41,538 nucleotides of DNA from Thermoplasmatales archaeon SW_10_69_26 (lineage in GTDB: Archaea; Thermoplasmatota; SW-10-69-26): NCBI GenBank assembly GCA_003009755.1, contig PXUB01000020.1:1-41538 (forward strand), given 5' to 3'. The first letter of the stretch is position 1. The number at the start of each line of letters is the position of its first letter. Positions 39,476 to 41,538 of the stretch are shown in pieces. The position numbers were made by a program, and so were the translations under genes. The notes under the pieces were generated by a model. The model made no database searches and was not told where the DNA came from. It saw only the letters and a list, made by a program, of their open reading frames with translations.

Positions 39476-39901
39476 ATGTTCACGAAGACCCAGAAGGTCT
39501 ACTTCGGCCACATCGACAAGGCCGGCATCGTCTACCACCCCCACTTCATCGACTACTTCAACCAGGCCTACGAGGACTTCCTCGAGGAGCTGGGCTTCGA
39601 CGAGAAGAACTTCCGGTCCGACCACGGGGTGCGGGTGCCGGTCGTGAACGTCGACGTGGACTTCGAGGAGCCGATGGGCAGCGGCGACCGGCTCGAGATC
39701 CACGTGACCGTCCGCAAGCTGGGTCGCTCCTCGATGGTGTTCCACTTCGACACGACCGACGCCCGCGAGGACCACACCGTCGTCGAGGGCGAGGTGACGC
39801 GGGTCACGGTCGACGACAGCTTCCAGCCGACCCCGATCCCCGAGGCGATCCGGCAGGCGCTGGAGCCCCACCTCGAGGACGACGACGAGACTGCCGCCTA
39901 G
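39476..39901 (+). CDS. Acyl-CoA thioesterase (4HBT/YbgC hot-dog fold)
   Basis: VYFGHIDKAGIVYH motif, PVV...DF..P...GD and LGRSS. Confidence 0.92.
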   Translation: MFTKTQKVYFGHIDKAGIVYHPHFIDYFNQAYEDFLEELGFDEKNFRSDHGVRVPVVNVDVDFEEPMGSGDRLEIHVTVRKLGRSSMVFHFDTTDAREDHTVVEGEVTRVTVDDSFQPTPIPEAIRQALEPHLEDDDETAA

Positions 39902-39952
39902 GTCGTCGCGGGGTTGAAGGCCTGCCGCGAGCCTGCCGAACCACCCCCGAGC

Positions 39953-40870
39953 ATGCCAGAGGCCACCTCGCGCCGCGAGGACCGAGCCCCGTCGGGCGAG
40001 GGATCGTCCCGGGAGCCCGGGACCGAGCGCAGCCCGATCCTCGTCCCGCTTCTCACCTACGTCACGCTCCGGTTCTACCTCTACTACTGGGTGTGGACGG
40101 CGAGCGAGGAGGTCGAGCGCTTCGACCCGTACACGCGGTCCCCGCACGCGCCGGCCCGCTGGGGCGTACCCTTGGCGATCGCTGGCCTCGCGGTCGTCGG
40201 CACCAGCCTCGCCGTGGTGGTGCTGAGCGACGTGCTCGTGCCGGTCGAGCAGATCCTGCAGGGCCAGCTCGGGCTCTCGCTGGCGCTCGTGGGGATGGCG
40301 ATCTTCCTCGGTGGGGTCGCCTACCTGGCGGGATCGGTCCTGCTGTGGGTGGCCTACTGGCGGATCTGGCGGAGCCTGGAGACGCACGAGCGCAACCTCG
40401 GGTACGAGCCGGTCACGCCCGGCGCGATGCTGGCCGTGTGGGTCGGTGCGATGTTCGTCGTGGGCCTGATCCCGTTGGTCGGGTGGGCCATCCAGCTGGC
40501 AGCTCGCTCCTACGTCCTCTACCGCACGCAACGCGGCCTCAACCGTGTGTGGACCGGCGCCGGGGGCGGTTACGAGGCTACGCCGCCCACGACGCCTTTG
40601 ACGCCGATGACGCCGATCGAGCCGGGCTCGGATCCGCGCACGCCGACGCCGCGCTCGCCCGATCGGCCGCCGCTGCGAGCCGGCGAGACCGGCGTGGCCC
40701 CGCCCTCGGCCGTGGGCACCGACGACGGCCACGGCAGACCGCGCGAGGACCGGGTGCCGTTCACGTGCCAGGCGTGCGGCAACCACGAACGGATCCCGGC
40801 GCGTCGGCCGCTAAGGGTGAACTGTCCCAGCTGCGGGGAGAGCGAGGTGCTGCGGGAGACGGAGGGATAG
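39953..40870 (+). CDS. Membrane protein (DUF4234-like) with C-terminal zinc ribbon
   Basis: LLTYVTL.FY.YYW....EE motif, 4-5 TMs, Pro-rich linker, CQAC...CPSC. Confidence 0.75.
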   Translation: MPEATSRREDRAPSGEGSSREPGTERSPILVPLLTYVTLRFYLYYWVWTASEEVERFDPYTRSPHAPARWGVPLAIAGLAVVGTSLAVVVLSDVLVPVEQILQGQLGLSLALVGMAIFLGGVAYLAGSVLLWVAYWRIWRSLETHERNLGYEPVTPGAMLAVWVGAMFVVGLIPLVGWAIQLAARSYVLYRTQRGLNRVWTGAGGGYEATPPTTPLTPMTPIEPGSDPRTPTPRSPDRPPLRAGETGVAPPSAVGTDDGHGRPREDRVPFTCQACGNHERIPARRPLRVNCPSCGESEVLRETEG

Positions 40871-40882
40871 GGGACGATCAAG

Positions 40883-40912
40883 GCACGAGGGAACGCGAAG
40901 GAACCACGAAGG
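40883..40912 (+). repeat. 9-11 bp periodic CACGAAGG-like repeats upstream of the GxxExxY gene
   Basis: gcacgaggg-aacgcgaagg-aaccacgaagg; same unit as inside MITE family A. Confidence 0.6.
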
Positions 40913-41040
40913 CCCCAGAGACGGCGGACGGGAACAAGCGGGGGTCCCGATGGGACGGGGAGTTCCCTCATCGCTCCCGGATAGGAGCGAAGGATGCCTC
41001 GTCCGCCGGCTCGTCCACGACGGATGCCGAGAGCCCGGGC

Positions 41041-41421
41041 CCGCTGCCCGAGGCGGTCGAGGAGACGGCGAGCGACTGCCTCGAGGCCGCCTTCCGGGTT
41101 CAAAGCGACCTGGGATCTGGACTTCTGGAGAAGGTGTACCGGGACGCGCTAGCCGTCGAGCTCCGGCATCGCGGCCTCGACGTGGGGACCGAGGTGACCG
41201 TTCCGGTCTCGTATCGCGACCAAGCTCTCGGCGTCGGCCTTCGCCTCGACATTCTGGTCGCGGACTGCGTGGTCATCGAAGTGGAAAGCGTGGATGCTTT
41301 CGCGTCCGCTCACACGGCTCAGACCCTCACGTATCTGGAGGCCACGGGGAAGCGTCTTGGCTTTCTGCTGGGTGCTGAACGCGGCCTTTCAATCGGGCTT
41401 CGTGCGGCCAACGGGCCGTGA
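41041..41421 (+). pseudogene. GxxExxY protein (PD-(D/E)XK nuclease superfamily), probably degenerate
   Basis: AFRV...LGSGLLEKVY..AL..EL, VPVSY, RLDILV..CVVIEVES and H.AQ.LTYL. No in-frame ATG (SD+ATG at 40994 is out of frame); ExK is ExE; the usual L.NF motif is absent. Confidence 0.8.
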
Positions 41422-41538
41422 CCCGTCCATCTACCCCATCAAGCCAACCGGGAGAGACGGGTTGACCGAGAACGAAGAGGGCGCTCGGTGCCGCCGATCA
41501 CCAGCTCGACCGTCCGGTCACGGACGACAAGGGCCCTT

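Overview
GC-rich archaeal chromosomal window with a strongly acidic proteome. EF-1alpha ([22 protein letters not shown]) and the gene content suggest a halophilic Thermoplasmatota-like archaeon (inference). Core content: EF-1alpha, uvrB, uvrA and uvrC (same strand but each about 5-6 kb from the next), a SMUG1-type uracil-DNA glycosylase, msrA, an EVE protein, a SufS-type desulfurase, ZIP and CorC/HlyC transporters, two S15/CocE hydrolases, a PQQ sugar dehydrogenase, several exported proteins and four toxin-antitoxin pairs (one HEPN-MNT, three VapBC). The most interesting content is non-coding. (A) Three copies of a 165-171 bp MITE-like element have short TIRs and a different 8-10 bp target duplication each. 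Their interior is a 9-10 bp periodic CACGAAGG-type repeat plus a degenerate inverted copy, and the same motif lies upstream of a decayed GxxExxY (PD-(D/E)XK) gene at the right end. (B) A 356 bp CTAG-bounded, hairpin-dense element (one full, one partial copy) shares a terminal CTAG with the TAG stop codon of the flanking gene in both cases. Also seen: a phage-portal-like relic, an unannotated 39-aa zinc-finger microprotein, probable CTG starts, and an upstream motif shared by uvrA, uvrB and the SMUG1-like gene. All family assignments come from motif recognition, not database searches.
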